Source: a candidate division WOR-3 bacterium
Lineage (GTDB): Bacteria; Hydrothermota; Tepidihabitantia; SM23-42; CAYGYG01
Reading direction: 5' to 3'
NCBI GenBank assembly: GCA_965648915.1
Contig: CBFGIV010000026.1
Location: 1-31,428, forward strand
DNA: 31,428 nt
The notes under the pieces are model-generated. The model worked only from the letters and a program-made list of their open reading frames with translations. It was not told where the DNA came from and made no database searches. Every line of letters begins with the position of its first letter. The stretch's first letter is position 1. Both the position numbers and the translations under genes were made by a program. Below, in pieces: positions 19,045-27,864 of the stretch.

Positions 19045-21282
19045 TTATTGGTGATTATTTAATAAAATTAAAGTAAATAATAAACATATAAAATTTATAA
19101 TAAGCAGAGTAAGCAGGGTGTTGGGTATTCCATAGATCGGTATTAAGAGCAAACTTATTGATATTCCTCCAAGTGAGCCACCCAGGAGGTCAAATGTGTA
19201 GAGCCTTCCGGTCCGTATAGGTTTATCCGCATTGTTACGGGCTAATATTAGATTGGCTGTAGAAAATGACGCACCAACAATCAGACCCGGGATAAAGGTT
19301 ATTATTGGAAATAAGTCTTTAACCAGAACAGGGGGATTAATTTTAATCAGTAGTTTCAGAAATATTAAACCGGTTAAGTAATATAAACAGAAAAAGAATA
19401 TGTACCATTTATAACGAGTAATAACGTCTCCAGATAATAATCTCTGGCCGATTGTCCCTATAAAAATACCTAACATAAAGGTTGCAGTCAAAAGACCGAC
19501 CCGGTGATAGACATAGCCAAAAATTGTCTGATACAGGATGACCCCGATTATAACACCTGCCATACCATTAAACCCCACAACCCCGGTAGTCAATAAAAGT
19601 GTGTTCTGAGCGCGATTCTTTAAAATCAAAATGACAAAGAAAATAATTGCGAACATCGCGATAAAACCAACTATGTTTATCCTGCTGATTAACTTTAGGC
19701 CCTTTATCACCACGGTTCGGAAGTAAGTTGCCCAGTAACTTAGGCCATAATAGTAGCTAATCGGTCTGTAGTCACGGTTTATCGTCACCTGATTATACCC
19801 TTCTAATTTATTCCGGAGATAATTTATCCGCTCTTCGAGAATGATCCCTTTGAGATAATATTTATTAATAAAATTAGTCTTTACATCAAGATCTCTCAAA
19901 CGTCGATCAATTACTTCAGGATCGAGGGTTAGATAGTCGGGTCGACGGGTCGCAATGATGGTCAGTCGATCACCGGGTATAAGAAGAATATCAGGAAATT
20001 CTCTCTTCAAGGTATGGTAGATGCTCCCATTGTAATCGAGCATCTCTTTTGATAGATAAGTCTCTTTGGAACTGATGGCAATACGGATTACGCCACGATC
20101 ATTTATGATGCGCGATACCTCCTGGTAGAACTCTAAGGTATAGAAGCGATTTAAGAAAGTATTAACCGGATCAGATAGATTCACAATGACAACATCAAAT
20201 TTCTCTCCGCGCCAGTTTTTGATGAAGAGACGTCCGTCCTGATTAATAACCGTTACGCGTGGATCAAACAGGGCTTGCCGGTCTTCTGAGGTAAGATATG
20301 GGCTTATTAATTTAATAACCAGGGCGTCGGGCTCAATATAATATACTTTTTTGACCGGGTATTTGAGAATTTCATTTAAGGCACCGGCTACTGCCCCACC
20401 GATTATCAATACCCTCTGCGGGCTTCTAACCTGGGGCATAGTTAAATGAATCATCTCCTCGGCTTGAATCCTGACCGGCGTCGAGAATGATAGAAGGCCA
20501 TTTTCATACAGGTTATAGATACTGCCATACTGGACCAGGGATATCTCTCCATATATCGAAGAACCCGTCTCAATCAAGTCCAGTTTTTTCCAGTCCCATC
20601 TTCTGGTCTTGAGTTCAAGATTTTTTATGGGCAGAGCAAACGCGCTGAGGAAGACGATGACAATCAATATAAGATCGATGATAACGAATCGAACCTTTTT
20701 AGTTGATGAGAAGATAATTAAGGCAGAAAAGAGATGGATCAATGAACAGATGATAATGGTCTTTAAGGGTGAAAAATAGTAGACAAAAAAGTAGGCAAAC
20801 AGTGCACCGCCGATCATATCACCTAAGGCATCAAGCCCGTAAATAGGTCCGATCCCCGGTGTTGGCTTACTCTGCGTATCGGTATAGATCCGGGCACCAA
20901 GGGTAAATTGAAAACCGTTAATGAATGATAATGGTAATAAGATTAAAAACGAGGCGAGGAGAATGGTTAAAGGGTCGGTGAGTTCACCTGGCGGAATCGC
21001 CAGAATTGATTTTATTCCGCGAATGAAAATCAATTCCAGAGGCAAGATAAGGGCGACAGTCATCTGGGCAAAAGCGAATTGAAGAGGAGTAACCAGTTTC
21101 TGTCGGCATAACTTCTCCATCGTAAGGCTTCCCATTCCTCCCCAGAAGAGCCAGACTGAAGCCATAAAACCGATGATAAGTTCATTACCGTAAAATACTG
21201 TTACTAACTCCCGCATCAATAGGGTCTGAGCCAGAACAGAAATTACGCCCGTGATAAATATTGCCTGGAGAAAATTGACCAT
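19045..21282 (-). CDS. Fused multi-pass membrane (MFS-like) / spermidine synthase-like protein
   Basis: N- and C-terminal TM bundles (QTLLMRELVTVFYGNEL; LYTFDLLGGSLG) flank a SAM-binding domain (SIYGEI, RVLIIGG, IEPD, DGR, FDVVIVNLSDP, FYTLEFY). Confidence 0.88.
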   Translation of the reverse strand: MVNFLQAIFITGVISVLAQTLLMRELVTVFYGNELIIGFMASVWLFWGGMGSLTMEKLCRQKLVTPLQFAFAQMTVALILPLELIFIRGIKSILAIPPGELTDPLTILLASFLILLPLSFINGFQFTLGARIYTDTQSKPTPGIGPIYGLDALGDMIGGALFAYFFVYYFSPLKTIIICSLIHLFSALIIFSSTKKVRFVIIDLILIVIVFLSAFALPIKNLELKTRRWDWKKLDLIETGSSIYGEISLVQYGSIYNLYENGLLSFSTPVRIQAEEMIHLTMPQVRSPQRVLIIGGAVAGALNEILKYPVKKVYYIEPDALVIKLISPYLTSEDRQALFDPRVTVINQDGRLFIKNWRGEKFDVVIVNLSDPVNTFLNRFYTLEFYQEVSRIINDRGVIRIAISSKETYLSKEMLDYNGSIYHTLKREFPDILLIPGDRLTIIATRRPDYLTLDPEVIDRRLRDLDVKTNFINKYYLKGIILEERINYLRNKLEGYNQVTINRDYRPISYYYGLSYWATYFRTVVIKGLKLISRINIVGFIAMFAIIFFVILILKNRAQNTLLLTTGVVGFNGMAGVIIGVILYQTIFGYVYHRVGLLTATFMLGIFIGTIGQRLLSGDVITRYKWYIFFFCLYYLTGLIFLKLLIKINPPVLVKDLFPIITFIPGLIVGASFSTANLILARNNADKPIRTGRLYTFDLLGGSLGGISISLLLIPIYGIPNTLLTLLIINFICLLFTLILLNNHQ

Positions 21283-21290
21283 TCAAGAAA

Positions 21291-21318
21291 ATTCTATATA
21301 ATTTTTTTTAATTGTCTA
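21291..21318 (-). promoter_or_regulatory. sigma70-like promoter, near-leaderless
   Basis: TAGACA(21318-21313)-N16-TAGAAT(21296-21291). ATG 8 nt downstream, no SD. Confidence 0.55.
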
Positions 21319-21405
21319 CCCTATTTATCAAAAAGTTTATTCTCACCGGCAGTCGACACTAAGATCCTTGATCCCTTGAACCCGACTTGATCTGAAATTC
21401 CTCTG

Positions 21406-21433
21406 TTGACGAAGGAGAAAATCTGGCTATATT
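21406..21433 (+). promoter_or_regulatory. sigma70-like promoter of uORF/radical SAM/aldolase unit
   Basis: TTGACG(21406-21411)-N16-TATATT(21428-21433). Confidence 0.6.
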
Positions 21434-21441
21434 TATATCAC

Positions 21442-21528
21442 ATGCAAATTTTATTGTCCGGCGACTTTTTCAGGTTAAAGATCTGCTGCCCCTTGGCAGG
21501 GCTTAGTAAAAAAGGGAGTCAGGCCTGA
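21442..21528 (+). CDS. Putative 28-aa upstream ORF (MQILLSGDFFRLKICCPLAGLSKKGSQA)
   Basis: ATG 8 nt after the -10 box. Its TGA (21526-21528) overlaps the proposed CTG start (21525-21527) of the next gene. Confidence 0.35.
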   Translation: MQILLSGDFFRLKICCPLAGLSKKGSQA

Positions 21529-22820
21529 AAATAATTTTGATTGCTCCGGCAGTGGTTGATGAGAGGAGAAGAGGGATGAGGGGGAAGGCTTTCCAGTTAC
21601 CCCCATTCTCATTAGCCGCAGTGGCTGCAGCAACACCACCCGATGTTGAAGTGAGTATCGTCGACCAGGCGATCGAGGCAATAAATTTCGATGGCGATGT
21701 AGATTTAGTCGGCATCACCGTTCTTACCCGTTTTGCTCCCCAGGCGTATCATATCGCTGATCGCTTCAGAAAGCGTGGGGTAAAGGTAATCCTTGGTGGT
21801 CTCCATCCTTCAGCCTTACCCCAGGAAGCAATAAAACATGCAGATAGCGTGGTAATCGGTGAAGCCGAGGGAATATGGGAAACGGTCATCCGAGATTTTG
21901 AAAAGAATTCTTTAAAAAAATTCTATAAGAATCCAGATTTTCCAAATCTGGCTACCATCAAGACCCCCCGGCGCGATCTTTTTCAGAAGTCACGTTATCT
22001 GTTTACGGCAATGGTACAGACCGGCCGTGGTTGCCCGTTCAATTGCAATTTTTGCAGTGTTACAAAATTTTTCGGCGGACGTTTTCGAACCAGACCGCTC
22101 GAATGTGTAATCAAAGAGATCCGCAGTCTGAAATCAAAATTTATCGGTTTTTCCGATGACAATATCTTCGGCAATAGAATCTACGCCCGGAAATTGTTTA
22201 ATGCCCTTAAATACGAAGGCATCATCTGGATGGCGCAATCTTCAATAAATATTGCTGATGACCCGGAACTACTCCATCTTGCCGCACGGAGCGGGTGCCG
22301 AGGCTTATTCGTCGGCCTTGAATCAGCCGATGCCGAATCTCTGGTGCAAATGCATAAAGGATTCCAGAAACCCCAGAATTTCAAAGATAGTATCGCCCGT
22401 TTACACGATGAAGGTATTGGAGTAATGGGTGCATTTGTCCTAGGCAGTGATAATGAAGACCCATCCATATTTCAGAAAACAATTGAATTTGCTAAGAAGA
22501 TAAAACTCGACCTTGCTCAGTTTTCCATATTAACACCCTATCCCGGAACAACACTTTTTAATAAGTTAATAAGAGAAAATAGAATTTTTAATTTTGATTG
22601 GTCAAAATATGATGCAGGCAATGCGGTTTTTAAACCGCTCAAGATGACCGCGGAAAAATTGAAAGAAGAAGTGGATAAAATGTGGCAGGAATTCTATCGG
22701 TTTGATGAAATCCTATATCGTTTGATCACGCTGGGAAAGAGGCTGCCTGAGCAGATATTGCCCCTTCTCCTGCTTAATATGAGTTTTAAGAAAGAGATTG
22801 CTGCCACCCAGTTATTGTAG
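21525..22820 (+). CDS. B12-binding domain radical SAM protein (probable CTG start)
   Basis: QTGRGCPFNCNFC, VILGGLHPS, VVIGEAE, FSDDN, LTPYPGT. CTG 21525 follows GGGAG and gives the family-like N-terminus MKIILIAP. Confidence 0.9.
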   Translation: MKIILIAPAVVDERRRGMRGKAFQLPPFSLAAVAAATPPDVEVSIVDQAIEAINFDGDVDLVGITVLTRFAPQAYHIADRFRKRGVKVILGGLHPSALPQEAIKHADSVVIGEAEGIWETVIRDFEKNSLKKFYKNPDFPNLATIKTPRRDLFQKSRYLFTAMVQTGRGCPFNCNFCSVTKFFGGRFRTRPLECVIKEIRSLKSKFIGFSDDNIFGNRIYARKLFNALKYEGIIWMAQSSINIADDPELLHLAARSGCRGLFVGLESADAESLVQMHKGFQKPQNFKDSIARLHDEGIGVMGAFVLGSDNEDPSIFQKTIEFAKKIKLDLAQFSILTPYPGTTLFNKLIRENRIFNFDWSKYDAGNAVFKPLKMTAEKLKEEVDKMWQEFYRFDEILYRLITLGKRLPEQILPLLLLNMSFKKEIAATQLL

Positions 22821-22856
22821 AACAATTTAAAATTTCTGAAAAACGCGAGGCACACG

Positions 22857-23594
22857 CTGGCATCCTCAGAAAAATCACTTAGTAAAATCATTAAAGAGAT
22901 CGGTGTAGTTTCATATTATCTCTGGACAAAAGGTTGGGCTGAAGGCCGCGCCGGAAATATCTCGGTAGATGTTACCGACCTTCTTGAGAAGAAATCATTC
23001 AATATCAAAAGGTGTAAAAAAATACTCCTACCCATTAAAGAGACAGTCCTGGCAAATCGCTTCATACTTCTTACCGCAACCGGGTCACGATTCCGTGATA
23101 TTAAAAAAGACCCCGCAAATAACCTCCTGCTGATTAAAATTGCTCGAGAACTCGATGGCTACTATATATTAAAAGGCAGGAAAGGGATGATGCCAACATC
23201 TGAATTACCGAGCCATCTCCTAACTTATGCATTTTTGATAAAAAATAACTTTAATCAGAGGGCAATTATCCATACCCATCCAGACCATCTTATCGCTCTT
23301 TCCCACCTAAAAAAATATGCGGGTGAAAAACCGATCAATCACCTCCTCCGCTCGATTCATCCCGAGATGAAAATTGTAATTCCTGAGGGTATCGGCTATG
23401 TTAAATACCGGAAGCCAGGAACCGAGGGGCTTGCCCGGGCAACAGTAGAACAGTTTAAAAATCATCGTCTCATAATCTGGGAAAGGCATGGCTGTATCGC
23501 GGTTGGTAAAGATCTCTTTGAAGCATTCGACCTGATCGAGACCGCGGATAAGATTGCCCGTATCTTTTTTCTCTGTAAGAAAACAGGATATTAG
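22857..23594 (+). CDS. rhaD: Class II aldolase, rhamnulose-1-phosphate aldolase-like (probable CTG start)
   Basis: Frame is open from 22821, upstream of the tracked ATG 23187, and encodes KGWAEGRAGNISV and TATGSRFRD; later PTSELPSH, HTHP, WERHG. GAGG at 22847-22850 precedes CTG 22857. Substrate uncertain. Confidence 0.8.
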   Translation: MASSEKSLSKIIKEIGVVSYYLWTKGWAEGRAGNISVDVTDLLEKKSFNIKRCKKILLPIKETVLANRFILLTATGSRFRDIKKDPANNLLLIKIARELDGYYILKGRKGMMPTSELPSHLLTYAFLIKNNFNQRAIIHTHPDHLIALSHLKKYAGEKPINHLLRSIHPEMKIVIPEGIGYVKYRKPGTEGLARATVEQFKNHRLIIWERHGCIAVGKDLFEAFDLIETADKIARIFFLCKKTGY

Positions 23595-23688
23595 AAAAAG
23601 TTGAAAAAGCGCCTCGATTTGAAGATCACCCATCTGCTTCGTAAACTCGGTTATGGTGCCGGGTCAGTATTTAATAAAAAAACAAAGA

Positions 23689-23716
23689 TTGACAACTAAA
23701 TTAAATTAATTAAACT
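23689..23716 (+). promoter_or_regulatory. sigma70-like promoter
   Basis: TTGACA-N16-TAAACT; SD GGAGG before ATG 23734. Confidence 0.7.
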
Positions 23717-23733
23717 TTAACCCGGAGGTTAGT

Positions 23734-25173
23734 ATGAAGTATCTTACAATAGTCTTCTTAATTACTTCGGGGATAATGTTGGGGCAATGGATTGCTCAGC
23801 CCCTCTTAACCGTTCCTGGTCAGACTTACTACCCTTCAGTTGTCGATGTCAATAAAGATAATTACCCGGATATTATTGCTGCCAGTAATCCTGAAGGGAT
23901 CTGGCTCTGGGCGGGTGATACATCATTTCTCCCCAGATGGAGCCCGCTCGATACAATAGAGATGCCTGGCCTTCGCTTCTATTCTACCGGGATCGGTGAC
24001 TTTAATCGCGATGGCAATGCCGATATGGTGGCTACCTCTTATCCGGGTGTTTACACCTGGACTGGTGACGGTGCACCCAACCCCCGCTGGACCCTTCAAT
24101 CTCAACCTGACCAATCGGGTTTTTATATCGGATCTCAGGCAAAAGACTTAAACCATGATAATATATGTGATATTGTTGCATCATCAACTGGTGGCAGTAG
24201 AAAAGGTATCAGTGTCTGGTTGAGCGACGGTAATACCAATCCTGGATGGATTCGTCAGCCCGCCCCGGGTCCTGATACAACATATGATTATCACACGGTT
24301 ACTGTCGCCGATGTCAATAAGGACGGCCATCTCGATATCGTCGCCGGTCATCAGAATGATCGACTCGGAATAAAGGTCTGGACCGGAAATGGTGGTCAGG
24401 GTGGCCAGGTGATATTTACACCGCAGGCCAGTCCGACAACTTCCGGACAATATTTGACGGTTGCGGTCGGCGATGTGAATAATGATGGCAACCCTGATAT
24501 TGTTGGTGCCCAGCAGCAGGTCAATATCGGGGTCTGGCTCGGTGATGGCAATATTAATCCCCACTGGACACCAGCCAATGGTCCACCCGCTTCGGGTGAT
24601 TACTGGGGAGTTGCCTTAGGTGACCTTAATGGTGATCGGAATCTTGATATCGTTGCCTCAAATGTAGGTTCCCGGGAGATCCAGGCCTGGTTCGGTAATG
24701 GTGGCCAGGGTGGTAATTTAGTCTGGACCCCGGCCCCGGCCTTCAGCCCATCAGCGGGCTATGAAGGGGTTGTAATCACCGATGTCAATCACGATAATAA
24801 GCCCGATGTCATTGCCGGTAATTGGTCAGCAAGAGGTATTCAGGTCTGGATAAATAATATCACCACGATCGAAGAGAATCGTTCATCTGAACCCGCTGCA
24901 TTTACCTTTGACTGTCGACCAAATCCCTTCTCTCAAAAGATCGATCTCATACTGAGAATGGCAGAAGAAAATACCCTGACCATCAAAGTTTTTGATCTGA
25001 CCGGGCGTCTGATTAAGGTTATTGTTAATAAAAGAATTCTGCCCGGCCAGTATCAATTTTTCTGGGATGGAACCGACTCTGAAGGGAGATCGGTCACAAG
25101 TGGAACCTATTTTGTAAGGATTAAAACCCGCACACTGAGTCTAACTAAACCAGTGGTCTATCTTGGCCAGTAA
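23734..25173 (+). CDS. Secreted FG-GAP/VCBS repeat beta-propeller protein with FlgD-Ig/T9SS-like C-terminal domain
   Basis: Signal peptide; seven DxNxDxxxD repeats; PNPF...FDLTGRLI...WDGTD..GRSVTSGTYF. Confidence 0.88.
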   Translation: MKYLTIVFLITSGIMLGQWIAQPLLTVPGQTYYPSVVDVNKDNYPDIIAASNPEGIWLWAGDTSFLPRWSPLDTIEMPGLRFYSTGIGDFNRDGNADMVATSYPGVYTWTGDGAPNPRWTLQSQPDQSGFYIGSQAKDLNHDNICDIVASSTGGSRKGISVWLSDGNTNPGWIRQPAPGPDTTYDYHTVTVADVNKDGHLDIVAGHQNDRLGIKVWTGNGGQGGQVIFTPQASPTTSGQYLTVAVGDVNNDGNPDIVGAQQQVNIGVWLGDGNINPHWTPANGPPASGDYWGVALGDLNGDRNLDIVASNVGSREIQAWFGNGGQGGNLVWTPAPAFSPSAGYEGVVITDVNHDNKPDVIAGNWSARGIQVWINNITTIEENRSSEPAAFTFDCRPNPFSQKIDLILRMAEENTLTIKVFDLTGRLIKVIVNKRILPGQYQFFWDGTDSEGRSVTSGTYFVRIKTRTLSLTKPVVYLGQ

Positions 25174-25201
25174 GGATCTCTTAGTGATTCCAGGCAATTA
25201 G

Positions 25202-25591
25202 TTATTGGCTTTGCGCTTTTTTCTTCTGCTCCTCAATCGCCTTGATGGCCTCTTCTCGGGTAGTATAGATATTGGGTGAGAATCTGGCTTTTAAGGATGT
25301 AGTCCGGACCGTCATCCTTGCCCAATCTTTTGTACCCCAGCGGGCAAAACCGAGCAGATAACTCAATACTGTATCCCGGGCCTTCTGTCCGTAATATTCT
25401 GCAATTTCGGCATGGACCAGAAGGTCGTCAATGTGGGAAACCATATAAACCTTCTTACCCAAACTTTCGAAATACTTTCGATATTCTTCAAAAAAATCAT
25501 CAACATCCTTTTCTGTCTTCACTTCCCAGTGGTCGTCGGTGAAGACAATATTAAGTTTGGGATCATACTCAAATTCGACATAGTTAGCCAT
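25202..25591 (-). CDS. Hypothetical protein, possible STAS/SEC14 (SpoIIAA-like) fold
   Basis: 129-aa ORF with its own promoter; alternating beta/alpha pattern ending NIYTTREEAIKAI. Confidence 0.65.
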   Translation of the reverse strand: MANYVEFEYDPKLNIVFTDDHWEVKTEKDVDDFFEEYRKYFESLGKKVYMVSHIDDLLVHAEIAEYYGQKARDTVLSYLLGFARWGTKDWARMTVRTTSLKARFSPNIYTTREEAIKAIEEQKKKAQSQ

Positions 25592-25651
25592 TGGTTATTC
25601 TCATTAATAAAGACCAGGCTGTCTATACACAGGCATAAGCATATCTATTTC

Positions 25652-25679
25652 ATTATATTCAGTAAATTCCTTAAGTCAA
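25652..25679 (-). promoter_or_regulatory. sigma70-like promoter
   Basis: TTGACT(25679-25674)-N16-TATAAT(25657-25652). Confidence 0.7.
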
Positions 25680-25775
25680 TATAAAATTCGGGGTAAAATA
25701 TCTGGCCGATTCTGTGGATTTCTGAATTCTAATAAGAGGGCAAATTACCTTGTCCAATACAGTGTCCGGCGTGAA

Positions 25776-27863
25776 TCAAATATTAATCGATTGCAAGGGC
25801 TGATGAGTCTGAAGTTGATAGAGGTGATAGTAGATTCCTTTCCTTGCGATTAAATCCCGATGTGTTCCAACTTCTTTTATTTCACCTCTGTGTAATACAT
25901 AGATTCGGTCAACATTCTTGATCGTGCTCAAGCGGTGGGCAATGATAATTGCAGTCCTATCTTTAATCAATCGCATCAATCCTTCCTGAATATAACGCTC
26001 GGTTTCAGCATCGATATTAGCCGTCGCCTCATCCAGCACCAGAACCCTGGGATCGAAAGCCAGAACCCGGGCAAAAGAGAGTAACTGCCGCTCACCGGTA
26101 GAAAGAGTCACGCCCCGTTCCATTACAACCTCATCATATTTATGGGGAAAACGGTCGATAAACTTATCGGCATTGATATAACTGGCGATCTCTTTTATCC
26201 GATCATCCTCAATCGGTCGATTGAGTCTGATATTGGATTTAATATCGCCCGCAAAAAGAAAAACATCCTGCATCACTACGCCGATCTGTGACCGCAAGGA
26301 CTCAATCTTGATATCCCGGATATCAAGCCCATCGAGGAGAATCCTCCCTCTCTGGATTTCATAGAGCCTCGATATCAGACTCACAATCGATGTCTTACCC
26401 GCACCGGTATGTCCAACAAATGCCACTTTTTCTCGAGGTTCAATCTTGAAAGAAACATCCTTTAATACCCATTCTTTGTCATCATAACTGAACCAGACAT
26501 TCTGAAATTCAATTGCGCCACGCACATTCGTCAACTCAAGTGCGCCGGGACGGTTGACAATCCTGACATCTTCATCGAGCAGTTGAAAAATCCTTTCGCT
26601 CGACGCCATTGCCGACTGGAGGATGGTATATGACTCGGTCAGTTCCCGGATCGGCCGGAAAAACATTTCAACATAAGTAATAAAGGCAACCAGGACCCCC
26701 AAAGAAAGATTACCGGCTATAACCTGGCCGCCTCCGTAATAGAGCACCAGACCGATACCCAGGGAACTAACAACCTCAATCATTGGCCGGAAGAGAGAAA
26801 ATAGTGTAACCTCTCTTAAGTTCGCCTGCAGATAATCTCTGTTTATCCCATCAAACTTTTTTTGACTCACCTTTTCCTGGGCAAAGACCTTGATAACCCT
26901 GATCCCCGATATATTCTCCTGCAAACTGGCATTGAGCCGGGCCAGTCTTTTTCGAACCAGACGGTATATTTCACGTGCCTTTATGCGAAAATATGTTGTG
27001 AGAATTACAATTAGCGGAATTACTGAAAAGGTTATCAAGGCAAGTCGAAAATTGATATAGGAAATGATTGCCACGATGCCCATCAAGAGGAGAATATCCC
27101 GAGCCAGGACCGCAAAGACACTGGCCAGTGCTTCATTAATTGCTTCGATATCGTTTGTTGCCCGGGTAACCAAACGACCAACCGGATTATAATCAAAGAA
27201 AGCAAGGTCAAGGCTCTGGAGTTTACCAAAGACCTTCATCCTCAATGAATGCATAAAGAGTTGACCGGTGTACTGAAGTAGATAGAGATGAGAAAAATTG
27301 ATTACTAAACCAACAAGAATTATTAGAAGAAAAACAAGACCCATCCGGGTTACTCCTTCAAAGTCTATGCGTCTTATCCTGAAGAATATTTGCGGTTCAA
27401 TCCGGTTTAATTTTTCGTAAGAAACAATGGTCAAATCTTTATATTGCTCAAAAATTTCTGGATATTGATTAATTAATGATTGGATTTCGTCATTTATTTT
27501 ATGGCGATAAAGATAATAATATTTCTCCTTTGAGATCAATCCCTGTTTATGCAACTTGTTGACAATATCCGGGCTGATCTTACCCAGTTGGGACTGAGTT
27601 GCAAAATAGACCCCGGGGGTAATTTCTAAGAATTTATTATCTATCTGAGCCTTTAGTTTAAAGCCGGTCTTGATAATATAGCGATCGATTGTCAATCTCA
27701 TTATATTGGGAAAAACCAGTTCAATACCCGCCGCCATTACCAGCAGAATAAGCGACAAGATGAGGTAACGATAATATGGCCGGAGCAAACCGGCAAGCCG
27801 GCTAATGATCTTAAGATCAAATACCCGTCCGAGATCCTTCTCCTCTTGTTCAAATCCAGGCAT
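25776..27863 (-). CDS. ABC exporter ATP-binding/permease subunit B (MdlB/YheH-like)
   Basis: TM domain plus GHTGAGKT, LSTGERQ, LVLDEAT, IAHRLST. ATG 27863 follows AAAGGA, 1 nt after the partner's stop. Confidence 0.92.
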   Translation of the reverse strand: MPGFEQEEKDLGRVFDLKIISRLAGLLRPYYRYLILSLILLVMAAGIELVFPNIMRLTIDRYIIKTGFKLKAQIDNKFLEITPGVYFATQSQLGKISPDIVNKLHKQGLISKEKYYYLYRHKINDEIQSLINQYPEIFEQYKDLTIVSYEKLNRIEPQIFFRIRRIDFEGVTRMGLVFLLIILVGLVINFSHLYLLQYTGQLFMHSLRMKVFGKLQSLDLAFFDYNPVGRLVTRATNDIEAINEALASVFAVLARDILLLMGIVAIISYINFRLALITFSVIPLIVILTTYFRIKAREIYRLVRKRLARLNASLQENISGIRVIKVFAQEKVSQKKFDGINRDYLQANLREVTLFSLFRPMIEVVSSLGIGLVLYYGGGQVIAGNLSLGVLVAFITYVEMFFRPIRELTESYTILQSAMASSERIFQLLDEDVRIVNRPGALELTNVRGAIEFQNVWFSYDDKEWVLKDVSFKIEPREKVAFVGHTGAGKTSIVSLISRLYEIQRGRILLDGLDIRDIKIESLRSQIGVVMQDVFLFAGDIKSNIRLNRPIEDDRIKEIASYINADKFIDRFPHKYDEVVMERGVTLSTGERQLLSFARVLAFDPRVLVLDEATANIDAETERYIQEGLMRLIKDRTAIIIAHRLSTIKNVDRIYVLHRGEIKEVGTHRDLIARKGIYYHLYQLQTHQPLQSINI

Positions 27864-27864
27864 C

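Noticed and set aside
21361..21392. Short GATCC(C)TTGA-like repeats
   Set aside because: Only two or three degenerate copies; not distinguishable from chance.
22818..22820. Genome-wide TAG recoding (pyrrolysine or alternative code)
   Set aside because: prfA with an intact PVT motif is present, and TAG ends other genes at sensible positions (12675, 23594, 29710).
25604..25642. 12-codon uORF MLMPVYRQPGLY on the minus strand
   Set aside because: Too short, with no overlap with the next start and no informative codons; plausible by chance.
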